Of a stretch of DNA of 64,000 nt, positions 27,838-37,687 are shown one piece after another; positions within the stretch are counted from its first letter, which is position 1; every line of letters starts with the position of its first letter. The stretch covers positions 32,001-96,000 of the IMG/VR virus record IMGVR_UViG_3300030329_005959; one strand, 5' to 3'. Both the position numbers and the translations under genes were made by a program. The notes under the pieces were generated by a model. The model saw only the letters and a list, made by a program, of their open reading frames with translations, did no database searches and was not told where the DNA came from. The DNA comes from a virus.

Positions 27838-30267
27838 ATGATGGGTCTAACTGATTTCAATTTAACACCAAAAGCAAAAAAAGGGTTAAAAGACGCCAAA
27901 AAATTCGCAGAAGCCAACGGACACGCGCTTGTAACTACCGAGCACCTAATTTACGGGTGCTTAGTTAATTTATCAGATAGCTGTGCCTTAAAACTTAAAG
28001 GATATGGGGTTCCTCTTGAACAAAAGGAATTTGTTAAAATCTTCAAAGATTACGCCTCTAAAAATACAAAGATTTTTGAATCTACAAAGGGGCAAGGAGG
28101 CTGGCACGAAGATGTTAACGAAGTAATTCTTTTCGCCAAAGAGTTTTCCGACCAGTTTGACAGTTACTTTATTGGTGTTGAGCACATTTTGTATGTGATT
28201 TTAGACATGGAAGGCCCGTTTATCGCGCATTTGCGGGAAAACGCCATTGATCCCCTTCACGCAAAAGATGTAATAGAAACTCATGTTTTAGAAAGTAGCA
28301 TCCCCCCCACAGACCAAATAAAAAATATTTTACAGATTCAGGGTAAAAGAAATTTTTCCCTCCAAGAAGAGGAGCAGCGCCCCGTAAGCCACTTAAGCAA
28401 GTATTGCATCAATCTTAATGAACGCTTTCTAGATAAACAATCCTCTAAAATTTCAGGTAGAGACGATGAGACTAACGAACTAATAGAAATCCTCTCCAAA
28501 AAAAATAAAAGTAACGCTATTTTGGTCGGGGAGGCTGGAGTCGGTAAAACTGCGATTGTGGAGGGGTTAGCCCAACGTATAGTTTCCCAAACGGTGCCTC
28601 CCCACATGTCCCTAATGCAAATCTGTGGGGTTGATATCAGCGCTATGGTTGCTGGCACTAAATACAGGGGAGAGTTTGAGGAGAGATTCAAGTCCCTTAT
28701 CTCAGAAGCAGAAAAAGAACCTAATATAATTTTATTTTTTGACGAAATACACACAATCATCGGAGCGGGTAATTCGGAAGGGGCCGTAGACGCATCTAAT
28801 ATGTTAAAACCTGCTTTAGCAAGGGGCGACATAAAATGCATAGGCGCTACTACCTCCCAAGAGTATAAGAAGTTTTTTGAGAAGGATACAGCCATGAAAA
28901 GAAGGTTTGACAAAATCGTGGTGGAGGAACCTTCCAAAGCAGATACTAAAAAAATAGTAATGGAGGCTCTTCCTTTTTATGAGGATTTTCACCACGTTGA
29001 TTACAAAGAAGAAGATATCGACACCATCCTAGATCTGGCTGAAAAATTTTTAAGCAATAAAAGGTTTCCCGATAAAGCTTTTGATTTAGTGGATCAAATC
29101 GGAGCGAGGACTAGAATCAAGTATGTCCCCGTTTCCTCTCAAATGGCTTCTGCGAGGAAAAAATTCTGTGACTTCTTAGTCAAGAACGGGGAGGACAAAG
29201 AATTAAATGAGGAACAATTTACCGTTCTCTTAAAAGATTACCTGCAAGAACTCGCGGCGAGCGGGAAACCAAAAGGACGTAAGCAAAAAATACGACAGAA
29301 GGATATAATCGCTGTCTTTACTGAAAAAACAGGCTTGTCGCCCAAGACTATTGCTAAAAACAATTCAGCGTTTATCAATTTCCCCAAACACATGAATAGT
29401 GAGATATTTGGTCAAGAAGAGAATATCGAGACCATCCATAATGCTTTGTCTTGCGCTAAAGCGGGGCTGAATGACCCCCAGAAACCACTTTCTAACTTTT
29501 TGTTTATAGGGGGCACCAGTGTAGGTAAAACTTTCACTGCTAAGAAAATAGCTAAATATTTTTATGGCAATGAAAAGTCCTTTTTACAACTTAACATGAG
29601 CGAATACCAAGATAAAACAGCTATCTCTAAGCTTATAGGAGCCAACGCAGGTTATGTGGGTTACGAGGACGGAGGACTTTTGACAGAGTTTGTTCGTAAT
29701 AACCCCAACTGTGTCGTTCTATTTGATGAGGTGGAAAAATGCGACCCTAAAATCTTGGACTTATTACTACATATTTTGGATGAAGGTTATGCCACAGACA
29801 ACTTAAATAGAGAAATTGATTTTCGAAGAACAGTTATTGTTATGACCTCTAATATTGGTCACAGCGAAAAATCTAAACGAAGTATGGGATTCGTTCCTAC
29901 CCAAGAAACAGACTCGGACATTTACAAAAAATCTCTAGAAAAGCATTTGCGTCCTGAATTACTAGCCCGATTAGACGAAATACTTTTCTTTAACGAGTTA
30001 AATGATAGCCACCTTCTTAAGATTATTAACCAAGAACTTAAGCATATTGCGACTCGTCTCTTAGATAGAGGTATCGAACTAAGCTATAACTCCAGTGTAA
30101 AAAAACTTATTTTTAATAAAGCGAAAAGGAAAAACAGTCATGCTAGGCAGATTAAAAACCTAGTTAAAAGCACTATTCAAGTTCCTCTGTCTGAGTTTAT
30201 TGTAAAAAATCGCAAAATAGAGAAAATTTCTCTTAAAGTAGTTGACAAATCGCTAGCATTTATATAA
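27838..30267 (+). CDS. ClpA/ClpC-type double AAA+ chaperone with ClpP-docking MGF loop
   Basis: Clp-N repeats (TEHL, GVEHIL), GEAGVGKT, KYRGEFEER, FFDEIH, PDKA, GGTSVGKT, GYVGY, FDEVEK, SMGF. Confidence 0.93.
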   Translation: MMGLTDFNLTPKAKKGLKDAKKFAEANGHALVTTEHLIYGCLVNLSDSCALKLKGYGVPLEQKEFVKIFKDYASKNTKIFESTKGQGGWHEDVNEVILFAKEFSDQFDSYFIGVEHILYVILDMEGPFIAHLRENAIDPLHAKDVIETHVLESSIPPTDQIKNILQIQGKRNFSLQEEEQRPVSHLSKYCINLNERFLDKQSSKISGRDDETNELIEILSKKNKSNAILVGEAGVGKTAIVEGLAQRIVSQTVPPHMSLMQICGVDISAMVAGTKYRGEFEERFKSLISEAEKEPNIILFFDEIHTIIGAGNSEGAVDASNMLKPALARGDIKCIGATTSQEYKKFFEKDTAMKRRFDKIVVEEPSKADTKKIVMEALPFYEDFHHVDYKEEDIDTILDLAEKFLSNKRFPDKAFDLVDQIGARTRIKYVPVSSQMASARKKFCDFLVKNGEDKELNEEQFTVLLKDYLQELAASGKPKGRKQKIRQKDIIAVFTEKTGLSPKTIAKNNSAFINFPKHMNSEIFGQEENIETIHNALSCAKAGLNDPQKPLSNFLFIGGTSVGKTFTAKKIAKYFYGNEKSFLQLNMSEYQDKTAISKLIGANAGYVGYEDGGLLTEFVRNNPNCVVLFDEVEKCDPKILDLLLHILDEGYATDNLNREIDFRRTVIVMTSNIGHSEKSKRSMGFVPTQETDSDIYKKSLEKHLRPELLARLDEILFFNELNDSHLLKIINQELKHIATRLLDRGIELSYNSSVKKLIFNKAKRKNSHARQIKNLVKSTIQVPLSEFIVKNRKIEKISLKVVDKSLAFI

Positions 30268-30270
30268 TAT
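30242..30270 (+). promoter_or_regulatory. sigma70-type promoter, leaderless
   Basis: TTGACA-N17-TAATAT, ATG at 30277. Confidence 0.7.
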
Positions 30271-30276
30271 ACCCAT

Positions 30277-30501
30277 ATGAAACGAGTAAACACTAGAGTC
30301 ATGAGAGCGATCCGCAACACCAAAGGTAGGTTTTTCGGTCTCTACACTTCGCAGGGTGAAACCTTGAATGCCCAGCTGTCAGGAGAAACCGATAACTACG
30401 TTAAGGTCTATGATCGCAATGCTCGCGAAGATCGCACTTTTGCTAAGACCAGCATTTGTGGGGTGCGTATCGCAGAACAAAATTTCGGCAAGGTATTTTA
30501 A
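30277..30501 (+). CDS. Small basic hypothetical protein
   Basis: 74-aa ORF with its own promoter and terminator. Confidence 0.7.
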   Translation: MKRVNTRVMRAIRNTKGRFFGLYTSQGETLNAQLSGETDNYVKVYDRNAREDRTFAKTSICGVRIAEQNFGKVF

Positions 30502-30556
30502 CCTCTGTCATACCTTACCGATATAAGAAGAAGTTGTTGCATCCTTCTTCTAAGAG

Positions 30557-30588
30557 TCAACCCCCTTGAAAAAGGGGGTTGATTTATT
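30557..30588 (+). terminator. Rho-independent terminator
   Basis: Perfect 11-bp stem TCAACCCCCTT-GAAA-AAGGGGGTTGA followed by TTTATT. Confidence 0.8.
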
Positions 30589-30598
30589 ATTATAAGTA

Positions 30599-31663
30599 GT
30601 GAAACTCTCTTCTTTATTTAAAGACAAGGCTTATGCCTTTGCTCAGTCAGGCGACCCTGAAGACGATTGTAAGTTCGCTACAGCTCTTCTCAAAAAAACC
30701 AACCCTGAACTTAACATAAAACATCTCGCCCTGTGGTCAGTCACGGATTATTACGATGTTTTCATGATTTTAACTGCTAATCAAGAGCTTTTAAAATTAA
30801 AAATTTCTTTAAGTGATCCCGATCACGTTTTGGAAAAAGAAAGTGTTGTTTTAAGAAGAAGCCATTGTCCTGCTCTCCCTATTTTGGTGGATTACGGAAC
30901 AAGCAAAATAGGAGAAGAGGTTACTTATTTGTTGGCGCGTGTTCCTGCGGGAGAAAACGTGAGAAGTCAGGGCAGATCATGCTTAATAAATAATTTAGAT
31001 TTATTTCTTAAGAGTTATTGGGTGTTTGCTAAAAGCCACAACGTTAAACCCACTTATAAAAAAGTCATAACTTATTTTACAAAAAATTTAATACCTCAGA
31101 ATGTTTTAGGAAAAGAGTCTCTGGAGGCTTTAGAAGATTATACTGATTCTGATTTGTGCGAAAAATTTCTCTTAGATCTCCGTGCAGATATTCTATCTCG
31201 CTTTAAAGACATACAGAAAAAACTAAACAAAAAATGTCATGCGGCCTTGTCCCTTGATTCAATTTTTTATTATGGTGGGGGTTTTTATTTTGATGAACTG
31301 CATAATGTTTGTATGGGTCATCCTTATATAGACTTTTGTGATATGGTGATTGAATCAGGCAGTCCTCCCGAAAATGATATTTATTTATGGAAACAATTTT
31401 GTGACAGCGGCTCTTTCCCGCAGGACAGAGATCTGTATGATAAGATTTATCAACTATGCCTAAGAAAAAAGCTCGCTGATTTATTAATTTCATACATCAA
31501 AGAGGTTTATGTTTATGATTCTTTTCGATACGAAGAAATCTTCCATGTAGCTGATAGCTTTTCCCATGCCTATACTCGATTCCAAGAGATAGAATCTTTC
31601 TCAGAAAACAAAGATTTCATCATGAAAACGATTTGCGAGCCTATTTTTGGTGTAAAAGCATAG
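30599..31663 (+). CDS. APH/choline-kinase-fold protein, degenerate active site
   Basis: KLK...LEKE...L, CHAAL in the HGDL position, FDE...GHPYID. Confidence 0.55.
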   Translation: MKLSSLFKDKAYAFAQSGDPEDDCKFATALLKKTNPELNIKHLALWSVTDYYDVFMILTANQELLKLKISLSDPDHVLEKESVVLRRSHCPALPILVDYGTSKIGEEVTYLLARVPAGENVRSQGRSCLINNLDLFLKSYWVFAKSHNVKPTYKKVITYFTKNLIPQNVLGKESLEALEDYTDSDLCEKFLLDLRADILSRFKDIQKKLNKKCHAALSLDSIFYYGGGFYFDELHNVCMGHPYIDFCDMVIESGSPPENDIYLWKQFCDSGSFPQDRDLYDKIYQLCLRKKLADLLISYIKEVYVYDSFRYEEIFHVADSFSHAYTRFQEIESFSENKDFIMKTICEPIFGVKA

Positions 31664-31665
31664 GT
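31650..31665 (+). promoter_or_regulatory. GTGTA phage promoter motif
   Basis: GTGTAAAAGCATAGGT then ATG 31666 (16 nt). Confidence 0.6.
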
Positions 31666-31878
31666 ATGCCCCTCCCCTCTCCAAGAGACAAAGAGAAACG
31701 TTCTGACTTTATGAACAGATGTATGCTTGATCTTGCGGGTAAAGAGGAGTTTAAGGACAACAAACAAAGAGCCGCTGTCTGCTATTCTCAGTTTAAGAAA
31801 GGGGCCAGTAAAGCCTCTGCAATAGTTGACGATGATGATGAGACTTTTTATTGTTTTTTAAAGGAGCCAAACAAATAA
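31666..31878 (+). CDS. Small conserved phage protein (MPLP..RCM..QR.AVC type)
   Basis: MPLPSPRDKEKRSDFMNRCM...QRAAVCYSQF. Confidence 0.65.
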   Translation: MPLPSPRDKEKRSDFMNRCMLDLAGKEEFKDNKQRAAVCYSQFKKGASKASAIVDDDDETFYCFLKEPNK

Positions 31879-31888
31879 CCAAAGAAAA

Positions 31889-32230
31889 ATGCCCGAAAAC
31901 AAAGAAACCAAATCAATTGACAGCAAGTTCTTAATCTCTTTAGGTATCGGGCTTGCTGTTCAAGCAGCGGGAATTGTATGGTGGGCTAGCAACTTACAAA
32001 GTTCTGTGCAGCATAACGATTACCAGCTCCAGATGTTAAAAAAGGATGTCGATGCTCACGCAATTTTTGTCCGCGACTGGCCAGCTGGCAAATGGGGTAG
32101 CGGAAGTCTCCCAGATGACGTAAAACAAAATTTAAAAATTTCGATGCTAGAGCTTGATGTGGAGAAGATTATGGAAAAGCTGTATAACGGCAGTCACTCT
32201 CCCCCTCCACAAGCCTCCAAAAATAATTGA
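31889..32230 (+). CDS. Membrane-anchored coiled-coil hypothetical protein
   Basis: One N-terminal hydrophobic helix FLISLGIGLAVQAAGIVWWA. Confidence 0.6.
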   Translation: MPENKETKSIDSKFLISLGIGLAVQAAGIVWWASNLQSSVQHNDYQLQMLKKDVDAHAIFVRDWPAGKWGSGSLPDDVKQNLKISMLELDVEKIMEKLYNGSHSPPPQASKNN

Positions 32231-32254
32231 ATTTCATTCTGTGATACATACAAT
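32227..32254 (+). promoter_or_regulatory. sigma70-type promoter, leaderless
   Basis: TTGAAT-N16-TACAAT, ATG at 32260. Confidence 0.5.
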
Positions 32255-32259
32255 CTTAC

Positions 32260-32766
32260 ATGATTGTTCAGTATTATAAGCCTAATTCCAAGAACACGGG
32301 ATGCGCCTTCAGTTTCGATATTGGAGCTAACAATAAAAACCAAGAGCCCTGTGTCTACGTCAGGGCGGTAAAGCAATATTCTTGGGATAGCTCTAAGAGG
32401 AGTGGTTCTTTTTCAGGTAATGCTAAAGATCCAGAAAAATCTATTTCTATTAAATTAAATGAGATTGAGGTGGGAGGACTTATAAATGCAGTCACTAACT
32501 ATAAGGAATTTTCTGCCTTTCATTCCTACGAGGACAACAAAACAAGTATTTCCTTTAAGCCTTATACCAAAAAAGATGGCACAGAGGCTTTTTCTTTCGG
32601 GGTAACTCGTAATTCTAGCAACAAATTCGGCATTGGAGTAGAAATGTCTGAAGCTTATGGGTTACTTGAATTTTGTAAATTTTTTCTTTCAGAACTTTAT
32701 ATCTGTAGGTTGCAAAATAATTTGAAACAACGAAAACTAACCGATCTTCGGTCGAGTGGGGTCTGA
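32260..32766 (+). CDS. Hypothetical protein (possible PC4/Whirly-like nucleic-acid-binding fold)
   Basis: Repeated beta-beta-beta-alpha pattern; fold call is tentative. Confidence 0.45.
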   Translation: MIVQYYKPNSKNTGCAFSFDIGANNKNQEPCVYVRAVKQYSWDSSKRSGSFSGNAKDPEKSISIKLNEIEVGGLINAVTNYKEFSAFHSYEDNKTSISFKPYTKKDGTEAFSFGVTRNSSNKFGIGVEMSEAYGLLEFCKFFLSELYICRLQNNLKQRKLTDLRSSGV

Positions 32767-32809
32767 TATCACAAGCTACACTATATTCTGAATCACAAAA
32801 AACTCTCTC

Positions 32810-34702
32810 ATGAGTAAAAAAACAGTCTTAATACATTCTAATTTTTGTAGGGCTTTTACTGGATTCGGTAAAAACAAAAAAAATATTATGCGGTATCTTT
32901 TTAATACTGGCAAATATAATCTTGTGGAGTTAGCTAATGGGATTCATTGGGATGATCCCGTGACCCAAACTCTTCCGTGGACATGCCGAGGCTCTCTATC
33001 ACCTCCTCAAGAGTTAAACAACTTAAACCCAGAAGAAAAACGGGCTGCGGGTTATGGAGCCAAGCTTGTAGATCGGGCCATAAAAGAATTTAAGCCTGAT
33101 GTTTATATAGGCATAGAAGACATTTGGGCGTTTAATAATTTTCACAGAAAGTCATGGTGGAATAAAGTTAACACCATGATTTGGACTACATTAGACAGCC
33201 TTCCTATCTTACCTCAAGCGGTGGAGTATGCCCCTAAAATAAAAAACTATTATGTGTGGTCTTCTTTCGCTGAAGAAGCTTTTAAGAAAAAAGGTTATAC
33301 TCACATTAAAACTCTGCGAGGATCTTTAGAGGGCTCTAATTTTTTTAGAATGCCTGATGAAAAACGAGCGGAACTTAGGGAAGCTCATAAACTAAATGAC
33401 CAGTATCTGGTAGGGTTTGTTTTCCGTAATCAATTAAGAAAAAGTGTTCCGAATCTTTTGGAGGGTTTTAAAATCTTCAAAGAAAAAGAGCCCAAAGCAA
33501 AACTCCTTCTCCACACTCATTGGTCTGAAGGGTGGGATATACCTCGATTGCTTGCAGAAAAACAGATAAATCATGTCGATGTATTAACAACTTATGTCTG
33601 CTCGAAATGCGGCTCTTACGAAGTGCGTCCCTTTTCAGGTCAAGGACAGAAGTGCAACAAATGTCGTTCTGAAGGGACGGTCAATACCACCAATCCAAGC
33701 AGGGGGGTCACTGAAGAACAATTAAACGAAATTTACAATCTTATGGATGTTTATTGCCACCCCTTTACTAGCGGAGGTCAAGAGATACCCATCCAAGAAG
33801 CTAAACTAACCGAACTTATAACCCTAGTCACTAATTATTCTTGTGGAGAAGACACTTGCACTTCAGATTCAGGAGGGCTCCCCTTGGAGTGGAGTGAATA
33901 CAGGGAGCCTGGGACTCAGTTTATTAAAGCTTCCACTTCCGCTCAAAGTATCGCAGACCAATTAACTAAGGTGCATGGACTAGAAGAAGAAGAAAAAAAA
34001 GAGTGGGGCCGCAAAGCTCGGCAATGGACTATTGATAATTTTTCCGTTGAGGTAATAGGGAAGAAACTAGAAGAGATAATCGACGCCATGCCTGATGTAG
34101 ATTATGATTATGACAGTGCGAGCATTCTTAAATTTGATCCAAGTTATGAACCAAAAGCCCACTACCCAGAATCTAAAAATTTTATTATAGATATCTATAA
34201 AAATATTTTAAAGGAAGACGTTGATGAAAATTCTGAAGGTTTTAAGCATTGGCTTAATGAATTAAACAATGGGAAAACCGCTACCGAAATTGTAAATCAT
34301 TTTAGGAAAGTGGCCATGGATGAAAACAATAAAACAAATCTTCCTGATCTTTCCTCTCTACTTGGAGATAGCGACAAAGGAAAAAGGATTGCTGTTGTAA
34401 TACCGCAAAGCGAAACGGATGTATTTCTAGTAAATTCTCTCTTGAAAAACCTCAAGAAACAACATAAGAACTACAACCTTTATATTTTTACGCAGCCTCA
34501 ATACTTTAGTTATATAGACGATAATCCTTATATTCACAAAATAATGCCTTATTCTCCTGTTTTGGAAAATTCTTTTTTAATGGAAGGGGCTGGTGACCAT
34601 GAGGGATTTTTTGAAATGGTTTTTTATCCACATACAACGACACAAAAACAAGCGTCTTATATGCATAACGGTTTAAATAAACACCAATTTTCTCTTCGTT
34701 AG
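32810..34702 (+). CDS. Multidomain glycosyltransferase: GT4 with Zn ribbon + DUF4214-like + GT9-like N-terminal half
   Basis: TGFG, RNQLRK, CSKC/CNKC, GGQEIPIQEA; IYKNIL...D.EG.KHW...L..G; DVFL..SLL..LK...NPYI. Confidence 0.75.
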   Translation: MSKKTVLIHSNFCRAFTGFGKNKKNIMRYLFNTGKYNLVELANGIHWDDPVTQTLPWTCRGSLSPPQELNNLNPEEKRAAGYGAKLVDRAIKEFKPDVYIGIEDIWAFNNFHRKSWWNKVNTMIWTTLDSLPILPQAVEYAPKIKNYYVWSSFAEEAFKKKGYTHIKTLRGSLEGSNFFRMPDEKRAELREAHKLNDQYLVGFVFRNQLRKSVPNLLEGFKIFKEKEPKAKLLLHTHWSEGWDIPRLLAEKQINHVDVLTTYVCSKCGSYEVRPFSGQGQKCNKCRSEGTVNTTNPSRGVTEEQLNEIYNLMDVYCHPFTSGGQEIPIQEAKLTELITLVTNYSCGEDTCTSDSGGLPLEWSEYREPGTQFIKASTSAQSIADQLTKVHGLEEEEKKEWGRKARQWTIDNFSVEVIGKKLEEIIDAMPDVDYDYDSASILKFDPSYEPKAHYPESKNFIIDIYKNILKEDVDENSEGFKHWLNELNNGKTATEIVNHFRKVAMDENNKTNLPDLSSLLGDSDKGKRIAVVIPQSETDVFLVNSLLKNLKKQHKNYNLYIFTQPQYFSYIDDNPYIHKIMPYSPVLENSFLMEGAGDHEGFFEMVFYPHTTTQKQASYMHNGLNKHQFSLR

Positions 34703-34704
34703 TT

Positions 34705-35847
34705 ATGTCTCACTTACTAGAAGAATATGCCAAAAATTTAGGAGTGAAAATTTCCACTCCTATTGTGAAGGATCACTTTTTCCCTTTGGTGGCGCAGAAA
34801 TACATCACACTCTCTAATGATGACGTTGTTGAGTCCAAACATTATCCTGATTACGATATTGTATTAAATTTGCTCCGACCGTTCCTGCAACATGAAAACA
34901 TCAAAGTTATCCAACTTGGGGGTAAATCAAAAATAGAAGGAGTGGATGCTGCTTTAAACCTCTCTTTCAAACAGCAAAGTTTTATTATCTCTAGGTCTTT
35001 ACTGCATGTGGGATCTGATAGTGTATTGAATCATCTGGCAAGCTCCAAACAAATACCTACAGTTAACATATTTGGTAATACCTTCCCTGAAATTAATCGA
35101 CCTATTTTCTCTAGATCCTCTTCTAATATAAATTTAACTCCAGTGTGGGACAAGAAACCGTGTTTTATCAACATCGACCCTAAAAACCAAATAAATACCA
35201 TCAAACCTGAGGAGATAGCGGGAAGCATATTAGATTTATTAAAAATAGACAAAAAACAACTTACTTTTAAAACTCTTTTTGTCGGGAAACATTTTAAACA
35301 GAAAATCCTAGAGGTTGTCCCTACTGTTTTCGCGCCCCTTAAACTCGCCGCAAATCAAATACCTTTAATACGAGCTGATTATGGCTTCGATGAGGATTCG
35401 TTTTTAAAGTTTTGTCAAAGCTACAAAGTATCTGTTTACTTAGACAAACTTATTCAGCCACAAGCTTTAACCAATATAGCAGCTAACATTCAAAGTCTTT
35501 CTATTTTTGTAGACTCTACTTGGGACACTATCCCCGACAAATATTTTAAAATATTAAAAGACTTGCAGATTGAATGTATTCTTTTTGTTAAAAACGAAAA
35601 AGAAATAGCTGCGATACGCAACAAATATTTTGATGTCCCCGTGCGCCCTTACCTTCCAGAAAAAAAACCCCCATGCACTGTTAGCGATGGGTCTAGGTTT
35701 ATTTGTGATAAACGCATAGTCGAAGGCTCCAAAGAGTATTTAAGTTACGCTCATTGGAAAAAAGGGCTTGACAGAAACAACGAAGTGATAGATACTCCTG
35801 AATATTGGAGAGAATCAGATCACTTTTATATTTATGAGTCAGACTAA
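34705..35847 (+). CDS. GT9 (heptosyltransferase-like) C-terminal half plus unknown domain
   Basis: VIQLGG, LHVGSDS..NHLA....PTVNIFG. Confidence 0.7.
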   Translation: MSHLLEEYAKNLGVKISTPIVKDHFFPLVAQKYITLSNDDVVESKHYPDYDIVLNLLRPFLQHENIKVIQLGGKSKIEGVDAALNLSFKQQSFIISRSLLHVGSDSVLNHLASSKQIPTVNIFGNTFPEINRPIFSRSSSNINLTPVWDKKPCFINIDPKNQINTIKPEEIAGSILDLLKIDKKQLTFKTLFVGKHFKQKILEVVPTVFAPLKLAANQIPLIRADYGFDEDSFLKFCQSYKVSVYLDKLIQPQALTNIAANIQSLSIFVDSTWDTIPDKYFKILKDLQIECILFVKNEKEIAAIRNKYFDVPVRPYLPEKKPPCTVSDGSRFICDKRIVEGSKEYLSYAHWKKGLDRNNEVIDTPEYWRESDHFYIYESD

Positions 35848-36610
35848 AACAGCCAAAAAGAAGGCAGCAAAGAAGTTCTACGGTCCCGATGTTTATAAGC
35901 GTAACAGCCACGGGTTGTTAGAAAACGCGGAGTATATCTTTAACGAAGATGGCTCTGTAAACTGGAGGGCGATGATCAAGCCTGAGTTTCTTTACCCTAA
36001 CAAGGGGTGGTTCGATTCTCGTAATCAACCTGTGCCGACATCTCCAGAGGGTTTAGAAGATAAGCAGCTACTTATTATGCTTGGAGGTATCAAGGAGCTA
36101 GCTAAAATGCGCGGGTATTCTACGGTTGCTTTTGACGTAGTTCACTCTTCAGATGGTTATGTCACTGCTAAATGCATGATAAACTGGAATAAAAACTACG
36201 AAACACAAGATGAGGTTGTTTATGAAGACTACGCGAATGCCACTCTTTCTAATACAGATAGTTTTTGCGCTAAGTTCTTAGAAACGATTGCCTGTAATCG
36301 TGCTTTTGTTCGTTGCGTCCGCAACTATTTGAATATCCACATTGTAGGCGCAGATGAAATAGATAAATCCCAAGCCAGCGCTCAATCCTATGAGTCCGAT
36401 GCTGTCGCTACTCCTATCACCCCTGTAGACCTCTTGGAAAAGACCCTTAGGGAGAAGCATAATGTTGATTCCTTTGAGGGGTGCAAGAATGTTCTCAGAG
36501 ATCTGTGGAAGACTGAAAGCTACAGGAACGAAAAGGCTAAGGAGTGGTCTTGCTTCAAAGACATCCCCGCTAAAGAAGCTCGCAAGCTAATTGTTGTCTT
36601 AAATAAATGA
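35834..36610 (+). CDS. Hypothetical protein, possible single-strand annealing protein
   Basis: GGIKELA..RG, ANAT, ETIACNRAFVRCVR...VGADEI resembles SSAP cores; tentative. Confidence 0.4.
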   Translation: MSQTKTAKKKAAKKFYGPDVYKRNSHGLLENAEYIFNEDGSVNWRAMIKPEFLYPNKGWFDSRNQPVPTSPEGLEDKQLLIMLGGIKELAKMRGYSTVAFDVVHSSDGYVTAKCMINWNKNYETQDEVVYEDYANATLSNTDSFCAKFLETIACNRAFVRCVRNYLNIHIVGADEIDKSQASAQSYESDAVATPITPVDLLEKTLREKHNVDSFEGCKNVLRDLWKTESYRNEKAKEWSCFKDIPAKEARKLIVVLNK

Positions 36611-37065
36611 TTAAGAGATTAACAAATCCTTCTGAATTCAAAAGGGCTTTAGATGACATTTTTGATCTTTTCGAATATGAAAATGAAAATCAAGGTCACC
36701 AGTTTTTGAGGCATAACAAAGAACACATTTCCAATTCTTTTGCACATCAAAAAGTGTTAGTTTGGGATTTTTTTGTGTGGGCTAATTTAAATGAACATAA
36801 TAAATATGATGCCACAATCGCTTTTTTAAACCAAAAAAACGAAAAATTTGGAGAGGAGATTTTTTCAGAATATATTTGGATGTCAGCGAATCCCAATGTA
36901 GGCTACAAACTCTTAGCCACAGCGTTAAAATTCGCCAAAGAAAAAGAATTCAAACATGTGACCATGACTTGCGCTATGCGGCACCCAAAAGCAGAGAAAA
37001 TAGGTCGCTTCTATGAAAAAATGGGTTTCGTAAAAGATTCTGAAACCTATATAGTCAAGCTATGA
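36607..37065 (+). CDS. GNAT-fold protein
   Basis: GYKLL..A...AK, FYEKMGF. Confidence 0.6.
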   Translation: MIKRLTNPSEFKRALDDIFDLFEYENENQGHQFLRHNKEHISNSFAHQKVLVWDFFVWANLNEHNKYDATIAFLNQKNEKFGEEIFSEYIWMSANPNVGYKLLATALKFAKEKEFKHVTMTCAMRHPKAEKIGRFYEKMGFVKDSETYIVKL

Positions 37066-37259
37066 ACAATAAAATAGCCAGAGAATTAAGAAAGCTTTGC
37101 GATCCTGTAGATCCAGTATCTACAAGAGTTTACCGACGTTTAAAAAAACAATACAAGAAACTACCCCACCATGCCAGAAGAGACTTTATCGACCTCCTTA
37201 GACAAACAACCTTCAAATTGGACGAAGAACAAGGTGGGAGCCTTTTGGATAAAGACTAA
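37062..37259 (+). CDS. Small basic hypothetical protein
   Basis: ATGA-coupled to the upstream gene; overlaps the next ORF by 89 nt. Confidence 0.5.
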   Translation: MNNKIARELRKLCDPVDPVSTRVYRRLKKQYKKLPHHARRDFIDLLRQTTFKLDEEQGGSLLDKD

Positions 37260-37401
37260 AGAAAATGGTCGAAGTTACCTTTCAGGTAATATCGAAATCA
37301 ATGGTAAGTCGGTGCCTTGTTTAATCTTTAAAAATGATTATCAAGAGGGCAACACTCCGCACTTTCATATCTACGCTGTCGATCAAACAACAGCTAAATA
37401 A
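37171..37401 (+). CDS. DUF736-like small beta protein
   Basis: VGAFWIK...GRSYLSG.I...IFKN....P.F.IY. Confidence 0.6.
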   Translation: MPEETLSTSLDKQPSNWTKNKVGAFWIKTKENGRSYLSGNIEINGKSVPCLIFKNDYQEGNTPHFHIYAVDQTTAK

Positions 37402-37687
37402 TTTCGTTTTCTTCTCTTTCTTCTCGGACTGATTCTGGCTGATATTGTTCACGCCAGTCTTGATAATCTGCTTCTGATTCCAGAGCGAGCTTTTCATCAT
37501 CGCTTAGGGTCATGCCATCGTCCTCTATTAAGAGATACGATCCTCCTTGATCGCTTTCAGAGACTTCCCAACCATACATGAATTCTGATTCATCTTCTTC
37601 CTTCTTAGGTCGCCCCAATTTTTCCTCCCAAAGCTCTCTGCTTCTTTGTTCGGCACCATCAATATTTTCGAATTTTAAATATCTCAT
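37394..37687 (-). CDS. Acidic hypothetical protein, end of tail operon
   Basis: ATGA-coupled to the upstream tail gene. Confidence 0.6.
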   Translation of the reverse strand: MRYLKFENIDGAEQRSRELWEEKLGRPKKEEDESEFMYGWEVSESDQGGSYLLIEDDGMTLSDDEKLALESEADYQDWREQYQPESVREEREENEII

